Below are positions 49,264 to 62,524 of a stretch of DNA of 64,000 nucleotides, piece by piece (position 1 is the stretch's first letter; every line of letters begins with the position of its first letter). This DNA is from an uncultured bacterium. GTDB lineage: Bacteria > Actinomycetota > Thermoleophilia > Solirubrobacterales > 70-9. The notes beneath the pieces were generated by a model. It was given only the letters and a program-made list of their open reading frames with translations, ran no database searches and was not told the origin of the DNA. Both the position numbers and the translations under genes were made by a program. The DNA lies in contig CAVRWJ010000001.1 in assembly GCA_963724915.1 (NCBI GenBank), positions 56,677 to 120,676 on the forward strand, in the 5' to 3' direction.

Positions 49264-49354
49264 GGCTGCGCACTGTATCCCTCACGTGCGAGCGCCGGTG
49301 CGTGGCCCCGGGCGAATCCAGCCGGCGCGACCGGACCGCTCTACGATTCTCCCC

Positions 49355-50756
49355 GTGGCTGCCGCCGAGCAAGCCCCGACGGTCCTGATCATGGCCGCGG
49401 GCGAGGGGACGCGCATGCGCTCGTCCCTGCCCAAGGTCCTGCACCCCGTGTGCGGGAGGCCGATGATCGCCTGGCCCGTGCTCGCCGCGCGCGAGGCCGG
49501 GGCGGGACGGATCGTCGTGATCGTCTCGGCCGACCGCGACCTCACGCCCGGCCTGCCCGGTGACACGGAGACCGTCGTCCAACCCAAGGCGAACGGCACC
49601 GGCGGCGCGATGCACGCCGCGATCGACGCGATCCGCGACTCGGCCGAGGTCGTCGTCCTCTCCGGCGACCACCCCCTGATCTCCGCCGCCACGATCCAGG
49701 AGCTGCTCGACACCCACCGTTCCACCGGCGCGGTCGCCACCGTGATGTCGGTCGAGATGGACGACCCCGCCAGCTACGGGCGGATCGTCCGCGACCTCTC
49801 GGGTGCCGTCGAGCGGATCGTCGAGACCAAGCACCCGGAGAACGTCGACCCCGAGATCCTCGCGACGAGTGAGGTGAACACCGGCACCTACTGCTTCGAC
49901 GGACCCAGGTTCGCCGCCGCACTGGGCGCGATCACCAACGACAACGAGGCGGGCGAGTACTACCTGGGAGACGCCCTGCCGATCATGCGCGCCGACGGCG
50001 GGCGCGTCGCCGCCTACCTCGCGAGCGACCCCAACGTGAACCTCGGCGTCAACCATCGCGCCGACCTCGCCCTGGCCACGGCCGAGGCCCGCCGCCAGAT
50101 CCTGCGGGCGCACATGCTCGCGGGCGCGACGATCGTCGACCCCGACTTCGACCTGGATCGACGCGGACGTCGAGATTGCCGCGGACGTGACGATCGAGCC
50201 CGGCACCCAGCTGCGCGGCACCACCAGGATCGGCACCGGTTCCGTCATCGGCCCGCACACCACCACCCTCGACGCCGTCGTCGGCGCCAACTCGCGCGTC
50301 GTCCGCTCGCATCTCGTCGAGTGCGAGGTCGGCGACGAGTGCTCGGTCGGGCCGTTCGCCCACCTGCGCCCCGGCGCCCGCCTGCACACGGGCGCCAAGG
50401 TCGGCACCTTCGTCGAGGTCAAGAACTCGGAGATCGGCCCGGGCGCCAAGGTGCCGCACCTCGCGTACATCGGCGACGCCGATATCGGCGCCGGCGCGAA
50501 CATCGGCGCCGGCTCGATCACCGCCAACTACGACGGCGTGTCCAAGCACCGCACGAAGATCGGGGAGGGTGCGCGAATCGCGGTCAACAACTCGCTCGTC
50601 GCCCCGGTCAGCGTCGGCGACGGCGCATACACTGGCGCCGGTGCAGTGATCCGCGAGGACGTCCCGGAGGGGGCGCTCGGGGTGACGGACGCCGACCAGC
50701 GCAACATCGAGGGCTACGCCGAGGGCAAGCAGAAGAAGGCCGAAGGGGAAGAGTGA
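49355..50756 (+). pseudogene. glmU: bifunctional UDP-N-acetylglucosamine diphosphorylase / glucosamine-1-phosphate N-acetyltransferase (one 1-nt insertion near 50143)
   Basis: VLIMAAGEGTRMRSSLPKVLHPVCGRPMI...NTGTYCF. After the shift, the left-handed beta-helix part VTIEPGTQLRGTTRIGTGSVIGP...NYDGVSKHRTKIGEGA. Length is 3n+1. Confidence 0.9.
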
Positions 50757-50764
50757 GCGCGACG

Positions 50765-51796
50765 ATGAGCATCATCGAGGAGAGCCCGCAGATCGTCAGC
50801 TCGATCCCGCACGACTACACGAAGCGCCTCATGGTCTTCGGCGGTCGCGCCTCGATGGAGCAGGCCGCGCGCATCGCCTCGCAGCTCGACGTCGACCTGG
50901 GGCGGGTCGACCTCCGCACGTTCGCGGACGGCGAGGTCTACTGCCGCTACGAGGAATCGATCCGCGGCGCCGACGTCTTCCTCGTCCAGTCCACCGCCGC
51001 CAACCTCGCGCAGGGGATGACCCCCAACGACGCGCTGATGGAGCTGATGGTGATGATCGACGCCGCGAAGGGCGCGTCGGCGCACCGCATCATCGCCGTG
51101 ATGCCCTGGTACGGCTATTCGCGCCAGGACAAGAAGTCCGCGCCGCGGGAGCCGATCTCAGCCCGCGTCGTGGCCCAGTGCCTCGAGGCCGTCGGCGTCG
51201 ACCGCGTCCTGACCATGGACCTCCACTCCGGCCAGGTGCAGGGCTTCTTCTCGAAGCCCGTGGACCACATGACCGCGATGCCGATGCTCACCCAGTACTT
51301 CATGGACCAGGCCTTCGACAACGACCTGGTGATCGTCTCGCCCGACGCCGGCCGGGTGAAGGTCGCCCGCAACTTCGCCCGCAAGGTCGGCGTCCACTGG
51401 GCGGTGATGGAGAAGGAACGGCCAGAGCAGCAGGTCGCGGAGATCGGCTACGTGGTCGGCGAGGTGCAGGGCAAGACCGCGGTCCTGGTCGACGACATGA
51501 TCGATACCGCCGGCACCCTCTGCGCGGCGGCGAAGACCGTGCTGGACGAGGGCGCCGCGAACGTGATCGCCTGCGCCACGCACGGCCTGTTCTCGGGCCC
51601 CGCCTACGAGCGCCTCGCCTACGAGAACTCCGGCATCGAGCAAGTCGTCGTGACGGACACGGTCCCGCTCGCACCCGGCGCGCCGGACAACATCACAGTC
51701 CTGCACGCGTCGAAGATCCTGGCCGACTCGATCCGGCGCATCTTCGCCGACGATTCAGTCTCCGAGATCTTCGCCGGCGAGAACCAGTTGTTCTAG
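50765..51796 (+). CDS. prs: ribose-phosphate diphosphokinase
   Basis: FADGEVYCRYEESIRGADVFLVQS...VMPWYGYSRQDKK...DLHSGQVQGFF...VLVDDMIDTAGT. Confidence 0.95.
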   Translation: MSIIEESPQIVSSIPHDYTKRLMVFGGRASMEQAARIASQLDVDLGRVDLRTFADGEVYCRYEESIRGADVFLVQSTAANLAQGMTPNDALMELMVMIDAAKGASAHRIIAVMPWYGYSRQDKKSAPREPISARVVAQCLEAVGVDRVLTMDLHSGQVQGFFSKPVDHMTAMPMLTQYFMDQAFDNDLVIVSPDAGRVKVARNFARKVGVHWAVMEKERPEQQVAEIGYVVGEVQGKTAVLVDDMIDTAGTLCAAAKTVLDEGAANVIACATHGLFSGPAYERLAYENSGIEQVVVTDTVPLAPGAPDNITVLHASKILADSIRRIFADDSVSEIFAGENQLF

Positions 51797-52260
51797 CCAG
51801 GGTCGGCGATTCGCCACTGGCCCGATTCGTCGCGGTCGAGGAACATCGTCCGCGCCTGCACGCCGGGCGTGTCCGGGACCCGCACGTTCGCCTCGACGCG
51901 CGCCTGAACACCGCTGACGCTGACCTCCCTGATCCGAACCGTCGTCCCCGCGAACTCCTCCGCCGCCACCGCCAGGATCTCCTCGCACTTGAGCCGGCCC
52001 GCCTCCTCGAGCAGGCGCGCGGCGTTCGCTCGCACGCGATCGCGTGCCGCGGAAGTCAGCAGGGTGCAGTAGGAGGCGAAGTCGCCCGCGGCAGCGGCGG
52101 CGTAGAAGCGCTCGACGACCTCCTGGACCCGCTCCTCCTCGGTCGGGGGGTCGTCGAACAGCGGTCCCGTGTCCGTGATCGCGAGCGCCGCGAGCGCGAT
52201 CCCCAGGATCAGCAGGACCGCCGCGATCCGCCTCCGTGCGATGTCGCTCAGGCCGCCCAC
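51793..52260 (-). CDS. membrane-anchored hypothetical protein (NTF2/SnoaL-like fold suspected)
   Basis: TM segment IAAVLLILGIALAALAI, then VVERFYAAAAAGDFASYCTLL. Its stop overlaps the prs stop (CTAG). Confidence 0.45.
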   Translation of the reverse strand: MGGLSDIARRRIAAVLLILGIALAALAITDTGPLFDDPPTEEERVQEVVERFYAAAAAGDFASYCTLLTSAARDRVRANAARLLEEAGRLKCEEILAVAAEEFAGTTVRIREVSVSGVQARVEANVRVPDTPGVQARTMFLDRDESGQWRIADPG

Positions 52261-52300
52261 GCACTGAACCTATCCGGGCCGCGACTACGCTTCGACCCAG

Positions 52301-52606
52301 GTGGACGAGCGTACGATCGATTCGCTGGAACTCCTCGCGCGCGCGCTGATGGCAGCCGCGGTCGTGGTGATCGTCCTCGGACTGCTCGGCGCGATCCTGA
52401 TCGCGGGCTCGGAGAGCTCGGTGCCCGGCGTCGACGAGATCCAGCGTGAGAACCGTGGGGCGTTCGCCGTCGGCGCGCTCGCCGCGGGGATCGTCTCGGC
52501 GGGCGTGCTCGCGGGCCTCGGCGCCATCCTGAGGGTGCTGCTGGCCGAGCGCCGCGAGCGCCTGGCGCCGGCGGCCGACGAAGCCGAGCGCTCTGAGCGT
52601 GACTGA
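52301..52606 (+). CDS. small 2-TM membrane protein, overlaps the GDPD gene start by 8 nt
   Basis: 101-aa ORF with two hydrophobic helices. No family recognised. Confidence 0.4.
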   Translation: MDERTIDSLELLARALMAAAVVVIVLGLLGAILIAGSESSVPGVDEIQRENRGAFAVGALAAGIVSAGVLAGLGAILRVLLAERRERLAPAADEAERSERD

Positions 52607-53354
52607 CCCCGGCTTCCTCCGCGTCGGCCACAAGGGGGCGGACGCGATCGTGCCCGGCAACACGCTGCAGAGCTTCCAGGCGGCTGTCGAAGCGGGCGTG
52701 GACCTGATCGAGTTCGACGTGCTCCGCCCCGAATCGGACTTCGCCGACGGGTCGGAGTGGCGAACCGCCCGCCCCGGCCCCGCGCGCGGGACGGGGCCGC
52801 TGGTGATCGCGCACGACTGGGCTGCCGCCCGCCGCGGCGAGCCGCCGACCCTCGCCGACGCGCTCGACGCCTTCACCAGGCCGCCGCTCGACCAGGTCGG
52901 GATCGACCTCGACCTCAAGCTCGCCGGGCGCGAGGACGAGGTGGTCGCCGCGCTCCGCGAGCGCGACCTGCTCGGGCGCGCGATGACCTCGACGATGGAG
53001 GTGCGGAGCATCCACGTCCTCGGCGAGCTCGAGCCGGCGCTCCGCCGTGGCTGGACGCTGCCCAAGGTGGGCCGCGACTGGACCCGCAGCCGACTCGCCC
53101 GCCCGTTGGTGCTGGCCGGGATGGCGACGATGCGCGCCCGAATGCCGGCCCTCGTCCGCCGCCACGCACCGCGCCTCGGCGTCAAGGCGATCTGGATCTA
53201 CCACCCGCTGACGACCCGCGCGCTCGTGGACGCCGCCCACGAGGCCGGCTGCGCCGTGATCTGCTGGACCGTCGACGACGCCGCGCGGATCGAGGCCCTG
53301 GTGGCGCTCGGCGCCGACGGCATCTGCTCGAACGACCCGCGCCTATTCAAATAA
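52599..53354 (+). CDS. glycerophosphodiester phosphodiesterase family protein
   Basis: RVGHKGADAIVPGNTLQSFQAAVEAGVDLIEFDV...WTVDD...GADGICSNDP. Confidence 0.8.
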   Translation: MTDPGFLRVGHKGADAIVPGNTLQSFQAAVEAGVDLIEFDVLRPESDFADGSEWRTARPGPARGTGPLVIAHDWAAARRGEPPTLADALDAFTRPPLDQVGIDLDLKLAGREDEVVAALRERDLLGRAMTSTMEVRSIHVLGELEPALRRGWTLPKVGRDWTRSRLARPLVLAGMATMRARMPALVRRHAPRLGVKAIWIYHPLTTRALVDAAHEAGCAVICWTVDDAARIEALVALGADGICSNDPRLFK

Positions 53355-53356
53355 CG

Positions 53357-53400
53357 CCCTTACCAGGGGGGCAAACACACTTTCGCGCCAGAGGCGCTCA
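53357..53400. repeat. ~45-nt conserved intergenic element, copy 2 of 2
   Basis: CCCTTACCAGGGGGGCAAAC-aca-CTTTCGCGCCA-gaggCGCTCA between the convergent GDPD and UbiB-like genes, in the same orientation as copy 1 (19155-19199). Confidence 0.8.
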
Positions 53401-53411
53401 CCAAATGCCTG

Positions 53412-54836
53412 CTAGCCGGGCGCGCGCCCCGCGTAACCCGGGACGCGCTTCACGCCCCGCTCCTCGAAGTACGCCCACTCCTGCTCGCCGAGCTCGGTGG
53501 CGGGCGGGTCGGCATACACCCATTCGCGCATGATCCGGTGCCAGTTGCGCTTCGCGCGCAGCTGCGCGAGGCAGGCAAGGACCCCGGTCTCCATCCGCCG
53601 GCCCATCAGCTCGCTGGCCGGGACCGTCTCGCGGCGGAGTAGCGAGAAGTAGTCCGAGCGCGGGTCGGTGGTGATCTCGATCACCTTGGCGACCCGGCGC
53701 GCCGATACCTCGTACTCCCGATCCTCGAGGTACCACCCGCCGACGATCATCACCGCGTCCATCAGCCGCTCCGCGTCGAGCTTCGTCGGGTTCTTGACGA
53801 AGCCCAGGTCGGCGAGCGCGAGGCGCAGCGCCTCGGGATCCTTGTGCACCGCGGCGTCCACGGCCACCTGCTCGAGCTCGATCTGCTCGATGTCGAGCCG
53901 CTTGGTCATGCCGAAGTCGAGGAACGCCACGCGGCCGTCCTCCATCAGCAGGTAGTTGCCGGGGTGCGTGTCCGCGTTGAAGTGCTGGAGGTGGTAGATC
54001 GACCCGAAGGCGAAGCGGAAGACGATCTCGCCGAACCGGCTGCGGGTCTCGGCGTCGAGCTGCTTGACCGCCTCGAAATCCGCCGCCTCCACGTACTCGG
54101 TCACCAGCACCCGCCGGCGCGAGAGCCTGGTCAGGACGTCGGGCACGTAGATGAACGGGTGGCCGCGGTAGGCACGGCTGAAGCTCCGTTGGTTCTGGGC
54201 CTCGAACTCGTAGTCCAGCTCCTCGAGCACCCGCTCGCGCAGCTCCGACGCGATCGCCTTGGGCTCGAGCCCGGGCGCCAGCGCCTTCGCCAGGCGCACG
54301 ATCGTCCCGACGTTGGCGAGGTCCGCCTCCAGCGCCTCCGCGACCCCGGGGTACTGGATCTTCACGGCGACCCGCCGCCCGTCGTGCAGCTCGGCCCGGT
54401 GGACCTGGCCGATCGAGGCCGCGGCGAACGCCTCCTCCTCGATGTCGGCGAACAGGTCGGACACGCGCTCGCCCTGGTACTCCTCGGTCAGCACCTTCGA
54501 GACCTTCTCCCAGGGCATCGGCTCGGCCGAGCTGCGCAGCATCGCCATCTGCTCCTGGTAGATCTCGCGGTACTCCTCGGGCAGGAACTCGGTGTCGACG
54601 AACGAGGCGAGCTGCCCCACCTTCATCGCGGCGCCCTTCATCTCGCCCAGCACCGACGCCATGCGGATCGCCGTCTCCAGGTGGCGCGCCTCCAGTTTCT
54701 CGTCCGCGCCCTCCTTCGAGCGCGCCAGCCCGGCCGCCTTCGTGCCCGCGTAACGGGCGCCCTGGACCCCCAGCGCCGAGCCGAGCTTTGCCGACCGCCG
54801 GACCCGCCCCTTCGGGATCTTCCCCTCGTCGCCCAC
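53412..54836 (-). CDS. ABC1/UbiB-family atypical protein kinase
   Basis: FAAASIGQVHRAELHDGRRVAVKIQYPG...DTHPGNYLL...FLDFGM. The track ORF runs to 54905, but that would overlap the divergent rplY start. The GTG at 54836 (VGDEGKIPKG) is more plausible. Confidence 0.85.
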   Translation of the reverse strand: MGDEGKIPKGRVRRSAKLGSALGVQGARYAGTKAAGLARSKEGADEKLEARHLETAIRMASVLGEMKGAAMKVGQLASFVDTEFLPEEYREIYQEQMAMLRSSAEPMPWEKVSKVLTEEYQGERVSDLFADIEEEAFAAASIGQVHRAELHDGRRVAVKIQYPGVAEALEADLANVGTIVRLAKALAPGLEPKAIASELRERVLEELDYEFEAQNQRSFSRAYRGHPFIYVPDVLTRLSRRRVLVTEYVEAADFEAVKQLDAETRSRFGEIVFRFAFGSIYHLQHFNADTHPGNYLLMEDGRVAFLDFGMTKRLDIEQIELEQVAVDAAVHKDPEALRLALADLGFVKNPTKLDAERLMDAVMIVGGWYLEDREYEVSARRVAKVIEITTDPRSDYFSLLRRETVPASELMGRRMETGVLACLAQLRAKRNWHRIMREWVYADPPATELGEQEWAYFEERGVKRVPGYAGRAPG

Positions 54837-54868
54837 CTGCGCAGGGTAGCTATCCTCGTGGCCGCGAA

Positions 54869-55603
54869 ATGGCTTCCGATCGCGCCACACTCGAGGTCTC
54901 GGCACGGACCGAATTCGGCTCCCGCACGGCCCGCCGCCTGCGCCGCGAGGGGCTCGTGCCCGGCGTCGTCTACTCGGGCGGCTCCGAGGCGCGCGCTTTC
55001 AGCGTGCCCGAGCGCGACGTACGCACGGCCCTCGCCACCGGCGGGGCCCTGCTCGACCTGACGTTCGACGGCGGCACGGCGGAGCCCGTCGTCGTCAAGG
55101 AGCAGCAGCGCCACCCGCTGCGCGGCCAGCTCGTGCACATCGACCTCCAGGTCGTCCGCCTGGACCAGGCGATCCAGTCCGAGGTCGCGATCGAGCTCCT
55201 CGGCGTGGAGGAGGCCCCCGGCGTCAAGGAGGGTGGCGTGCTCGAGCACATCACCCACCAGATCAACGTCGAGGCGCTGCCGACCGACATCCCCGAGTCG
55301 ATCCCCGTGGACGTGTCCGGGATGGAGATCGGCGACACCATGCAGCTCGACTCCGTGATCGCGCCCGAGGGCGTCACCTTCGCTCTCGGCGAGGGCGTCG
55401 AGGCCGAGGAGGTCACGATCGCCACGCTCAACCCGCCACGGGTCGAGGAGGAGCCGGAGCCCGAGCTCGAGGAAGAGGCCGAGCTGGTGGGCGAGGACGG
55501 CGAGCCGATCGAGGCGCCCGAGGGCGAGGCCGAGGCCGCCGAGGGCGAGGGCGACGCCGAAGCCGGCGACGACGGCGGCGGCGACGACTCAGACTCGGAG
55601 TAG
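54869..55603 (+). CDS. rplY: 50S ribosomal protein L25 / general stress protein Ctc (acidic C-terminal tail)
   Basis: ARTEFGSRTARRLRREGLVPGVVYSGG...HPLRGQLVHIDLQVV...GVLEH...VEALPTDIPESI. Confidence 0.9.
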   Translation: MASDRATLEVSARTEFGSRTARRLRREGLVPGVVYSGGSEARAFSVPERDVRTALATGGALLDLTFDGGTAEPVVVKEQQRHPLRGQLVHIDLQVVRLDQAIQSEVAIELLGVEEAPGVKEGGVLEHITHQINVEALPTDIPESIPVDVSGMEIGDTMQLDSVIAPEGVTFALGEGVEAEEVTIATLNPPRVEEEPEPELEEEAELVGEDGEPIEAPEGEAEAAEGEGDAEAGDDGGGDDSDSE

Positions 55604-55605
55604 CC

Positions 55606-56223
55606 GTGTCCATCTTCCGCCGGCGGCGCTCGCGCGATGCGGACGCCGCTGACTCCGGCGACCGGATCCTCGTTGTCGGTCTCGGCAACCCGGGCGCGAA
55701 GTACGCGGCATCCCGCCACAACATCGGGTTCGAGGTGGTCGCCGAGCTCACCCGGCGCTGGGAGCTGCCCAAGGCGAAGCAGAAGTTCCGGGGCCTGATC
55801 ACTGAGGGCCGGATCCGTCCCGGCGGCCCGCGGGTCGCAGCGCTGCTGCCGCAGACCTACATGAACGAGTCGGGCGACTCGGCCGGCCCGGCGCGCGGCT
55901 CGCTGCGCGTGGCGCTCGACCGCGTCGTGGTGGTCTACGACGAGATCGACCTGCCGTTCGGCGAGATCCGCTCGAAGCTCGGCGGCGGCGTCGCGGGCCA
56001 CAACGGGATGAAGTCGCTCAAGCGCGGTCTCGGCAGCGGCGAGTTCTGGCGCGTCCGGGTCGGGGTCGGGCGACCCGACTCCACCGACCCCGAGGTGGTC
56101 TCGGCCTGGGTCCTGGGGCGGTTCACCGAGCCCGAGCCCGAGGTCCGGGCCCTGATCGCGGCCGCGGCCGACGAGACCGAGCGCCTGATCGAGCGGCTAG
56201 CGTCCGGCGACCCCGATGAGTGA
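55606..56223 (+). CDS. pth: peptidyl-tRNA hydrolase
   Basis: LVVGLGNPGAKYAASRHNIGF...TYMNESG...DEIDLPFGEIR...GGVAGHNGMKS. Confidence 0.9.
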   Translation: MSIFRRRRSRDADAADSGDRILVVGLGNPGAKYAASRHNIGFEVVAELTRRWELPKAKQKFRGLITEGRIRPGGPRVAALLPQTYMNESGDSAGPARGSLRVALDRVVVVYDEIDLPFGEIRSKLGGGVAGHNGMKSLKRGLGSGEFWRVRVGVGRPDSTDPEVVSAWVLGRFTEPEPEVRALIAAAADETERLIERLASGDPDE

Positions 56224-56935
56224 ACTGACCACCTACGAGGCGGACCAGGGGGTTGCTGTCCTGCGCCTCGACCGCCCCCGCGCGCGCAACGCGATCAACA
56301 CCCCGATGCTCGAGGAGCTGCTCGTGCACCTCGCGGCCGCCCGCGACGACGACGACGTGCGGGCGCTCGTGGTCTCCTCGACCGACCACATGGGGCTCTC
56401 GGCCGGCGCCGACATCCGCGAGCAGCTCGACGAGGACGGGAGCTTCCGCCGCATGCAGCTCTTTGCGGAGCTCTACGACGAGCTCACCGCCTTCCCCAAG
56501 CCCACCGTCGCCGCCTGCCACGGCGCCACGGTTGGCGGCGGGGCGGAGATCGCCGTGGCCTGCGACATCCGGGTCGGCGGCTCGAACCTGCGACTGCGCT
56601 TTCCGGGCGCGTCGCTGGGCGTACCGGTCGGGCCCGCGCGGCTGGTCACGCTCTGCGGCCTGTCGGTCGCCAAGTACCTGTTGCTCACCTCGAAGGAGGT
56701 CGGAGCCGACGAGGCCTTCCGCTGGGGACTCGTGCACCGGGTCGCGCCGGCAGCCCGCACCGAGGACGTCGCGATCGAGCTCGCGACAGCCTGCGTCGCC
56801 CACCCACCGGAGGCGGTCGCCCGGCTCAAGGCGATGCTGCACGAGTGGGACGGCGTCGTCGAGCGCTCGAAGGCCGAGGGCGAGGGCCAGGTCGAATGGC
56901 AGCGCTCCGGCCCGGGCCTGCCCTCCGGCGACTAG
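56216..56935 (+). CDS. enoyl-CoA hydratase/isomerase (crotonase) family protein
   Basis: VLRLDRPRARNAIN...GLSAGADIRE...AACHGATVGGGAEIAVACDIRV. Confidence 0.85.
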   Translation: MSELTTYEADQGVAVLRLDRPRARNAINTPMLEELLVHLAAARDDDDVRALVVSSTDHMGLSAGADIREQLDEDGSFRRMQLFAELYDELTAFPKPTVAACHGATVGGGAEIAVACDIRVGGSNLRLRFPGASLGVPVGPARLVTLCGLSVAKYLLLTSKEVGADEAFRWGLVHRVAPAARTEDVAIELATACVAHPPEAVARLKAMLHEWDGVVERSKAEGEGQVEWQRSGPGLPSGD

Positions 56936-56944
56936 CCCGACCAC

Positions 56945-56991
56945 GCGAAAGACGGATTTCCGGACACTATGTCCGGAAATACGTCGCTCGC
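56945..56991. repeat. 47-nt imperfect palindrome, copy 2 of 2 (perfect 25-nt core ATTTCCGGACA-CTA-TGTCCGGAAAT at 56956-56980)
   Basis: GCGAAAGACGGATTTCCGGACA-CTA-TGTCCGGAAATACGTCGCTCGC. It lies between the crotonase-family gene stop (56935) and the mfd start (57014). Confidence 0.8.
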
Positions 56992-57013
56992 CGCTGGCTA
57001 GCCTCTGGCGTCC

Positions 57014-60364
<3,351 letters not shown>

Positions 60365-60376
60365 GGTTCCGCGCCG

Positions 60377-61708
60377 ATGCTTTCGGGGTCGAAGAGAACT
60401 GCCGCGATCTTGTTCGCCGTCCTGCTGGTCGGCGTGATCGTGCTGGTCGCCGCGACGAGCGGGATCGGCAAGCCCAGCCTGCCCAACGACGACGCTGTCG
60501 CGTTCGTCGAGGAGGCGCCGGACGGCGAGGTCACGCAGGAACAGTTCGACGCGGCGCTCGAGCAGGCCGCGGCGCGCCAGCAGGTCCCGGAGGTACCCGC
60601 GCCGGGGACGCCGCAGTACGACCTCCTGCAGGAGACCGCGATGGCCGACCTGCTGCTTGCGCGGTGGGTCAACGGCGAGGCGTCGGAGCTCGGGATCGAG
60701 GTCACCGATCGCGAGATCGACGAGGAGCTCGAGACGATCGTCAACGACCAGTTCGGCGGCCAGAAGGAGTTCGACAAGTTCCTCACGCAGTCGAAGTTCA
60801 CTGAGGAGGACGCGCGCGAGCGCGTGCGCCTGCAGCTGCTCTCGCAGCGGATCCAAGAGGACGTGCTGGGCACCGAGCCCCCCGACATCCCCGACGACGA
60901 GGTCGCGGACTTCTACGAGGAGAACATCCAGGAGTTCGAGACGCCCGAGACACGCGACGTCCGCACCCTCCTGAACCCGGACGAGGCCAAGGCGCAGCAG
61001 GCGTTCGACCAGCTCTCCGAGGACAATTCCCCCGCGAACTGGAAGAAGGTGACGAAGGAGCTGTCGACCGACGAGGCGACCGCGGCGCTCGGCGGCCTGC
61101 GCCAGGGCGTCGTGGAGGGCCAGAACGAGCCGGCGCTGGACGACGCGATCTTCCTCTCCACCGAAGGCACGGTCGTTGGTCCGATCGAGACCGAGGCCGG
61201 GTTCTACGTCCTGCAAGTGGACGCGATCACGCCGGCCTCGACGCAGCCGCTCGACGACCAGACCAAGCAGCAGATCGAGCAGACGCTGGCGAGCCAGGAG
61301 CAGCAGGCTGCCGCCGCCGCCTACCAGGCGGACTTCCTGAGCAAGTGGCGGCTGCGCACCGTCTGTGCCGACGACTTCACGATCGACCGCTGCGGCAACG
61401 CACCGCCCGCGCCCGATGCCTGCGCCGGCGACGACGAGGGCGAGGACGCCGGCGTCGACCCAGCCACCGGCGCGCCGATCGCGGGCTGCCCGGCGTTCGT
61501 TCCCTCGACGCGGCCCGTGCCGCCTTCGAGCGCGGGCGAGACCGGGGCGACCGGTCTGCCGCAGGGCCCGCAGGGGCTCGCGCCGGCGGCGCCGGCCATC
61601 CCGACTGGAACGCCGACGGTCCCGCCCGGCGCCGCGCCTCCGGGGACGGCGCCTCCGGGCACGGCGCCTCCGGGCACGGCGCCTCCGGGCACGGCACCGC
61701 CACCCTGA
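60377..61708 (+). CDS. membrane-anchored SurA/PrsA-like parvulin-type peptidyl-prolyl isomerase with Pro-rich repeat tail
   Basis: TM segment AAILFAVLLVGVIVLVA, a SurA-N-like helical region, and a PpiC-like part RDVRTLL...GPIETEAGFYVLQVD. The tail is PGAAPPGTAPPGTAPPGTAPPGTAPPP. Confidence 0.75.
   Translation: MLSGSKRTAAILFAVLLVGVIVLVAATSGIGKPSLPNDDAVAFVEEAPDGEVTQEQFDAALEQAAARQQVPEVPAPGTPQYDLLQETAMADLLLARWVNGEASELGIEVTDREIDEELETIVNDQFGGQKEFDKFLTQSKFTEEDARERVRLQLLSQRIQEDVLGTEPPDIPDDEVADFYEENIQEFETPETRDVRTLLNPDEAKAQQAFDQLSEDNSPANWKKVTKELSTDEATAALGGLRQGVVEGQNEPALDDAIFLSTEGTVVGPIETEAGFYVLQVDAITPASTQPLDDQTKQQIEQTLASQEQQAAAAAYQADFLSKWRLRTVCADDFTIDRCGNAPPAPDACAGDDEGEDAGVDPATGAPIAGCPAFVPSTRPVPPSSAGETGATGLPQGPQGLAPAAPAIPTGTPTVPPGAAPPGTAPPGTAPPGTAPPGTAPPP
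61634..61693 (+). repeat. 15-bp tandem repeat x4 (GCGCCTCCGGGCACG), in-frame, encoding (APPGT)n in the PPIase tail
   Basis: Read directly from the sequence. Units 2-4 are identical, and unit 1 differs at one position. Confidence 0.9.
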
Positions 61709-61716
61709 TCCAATCG

Positions 61717-62484
61717 TTGACCGACGACCAGCTCGCCTTCTACAGCACGGTCGAGCGCGACTATTGGGCGTCGGCCGGGGGAATGAAGCCGGACGAGGCC
61801 GCGGTCCTGGAGCGCTATCTGCTGCCCGAGCACCCGACCGTCGAGGCCGGAACCGGCAACGGCAGGATGCTGTTCCAGCTGCGTGACCGCGGGTTCGGTG
61901 ACCTCGCCGGGTTCGACTTCATCCCGGAGCTGATCGAGGCGGCGCGAGCGACCCCGGGAGCGGAGGACATCGAGTTCGATGTCGCCGACGCGCGCACCGT
62001 GCCATACGCCGACGGGCGGTTCGGCCAGGCGATCTACCTCCAGCAGTTCCCATCGCTGTTCGAGCGTTCGGAGGAACGCGCGGCCGTCCTTCGGGAGGCG
62101 CACCGCATTCTCGCCCCAGGCGGGCGAGCGATCTTCTCGTTCCTCTCTTACGACGTCCGACGTGCGGACTGGCGCTACCGCCCATTTCTGGCCTACCTGG
62201 GCGCCGTGCGCCGGCTGCGGCGATCCGATCGCGCGCGCCAGCTACTCCCCAGACTCCGCATCAGCGGGCGCTTCGCGCGCGGCGCGCTACGCGATCAGGG
62301 CCCGTACATGTGGTGGTACGAGACCGCCGAGGCCGAGGCCGAGCTTCGCGCCGCCGGGTTCGAGCTCGAGGCGATCGGCACCACGCCGCAGGTGCTGGCC
62401 GACGAGATGGCGGCGAGCGCCGCGGGCCTCGAGGGCGCGGAGCACGCCGGAAGCCTCTACGCGATCTGCCGCAGGCCGAGCTAG
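61717..62484 (+). CDS. class I SAM-dependent methyltransferase (start uncertain; TTG at 61717 or CTG at 61705)
   Basis: Inside track ORF 61345-62484: PTVEAGTGNGRMLFQL (motif I-like)...DARTVPYADGRFG...LAPGGRAIFS. Confidence 0.7.
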   Translation: MTDDQLAFYSTVERDYWASAGGMKPDEAAVLERYLLPEHPTVEAGTGNGRMLFQLRDRGFGDLAGFDFIPELIEAARATPGAEDIEFDVADARTVPYADGRFGQAIYLQQFPSLFERSEERAAVLREAHRILAPGGRAIFSFLSYDVRRADWRYRPFLAYLGAVRRLRRSDRARQLLPRLRISGRFARGALRDQGPYMWWYETAEAEAELRAAGFELEAIGTTPQVLADEMAASAAGLEGAEHAGSLYAICRRPS

Positions 62485-62524
62485 GCGAGGCAGGGTCATC
62501 GAACGCGACACAGACGACGAGCGC

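Noticed and set aside
61634-61693. Short direct repeats that could suggest a CRISPR array (also the 12-bp x3 repeat at about 15873-15908)
   Set aside because: The units are contiguous with no spacers, in frame, and encode Pro-rich low-complexity peptide inside genes. No cas genes are present.
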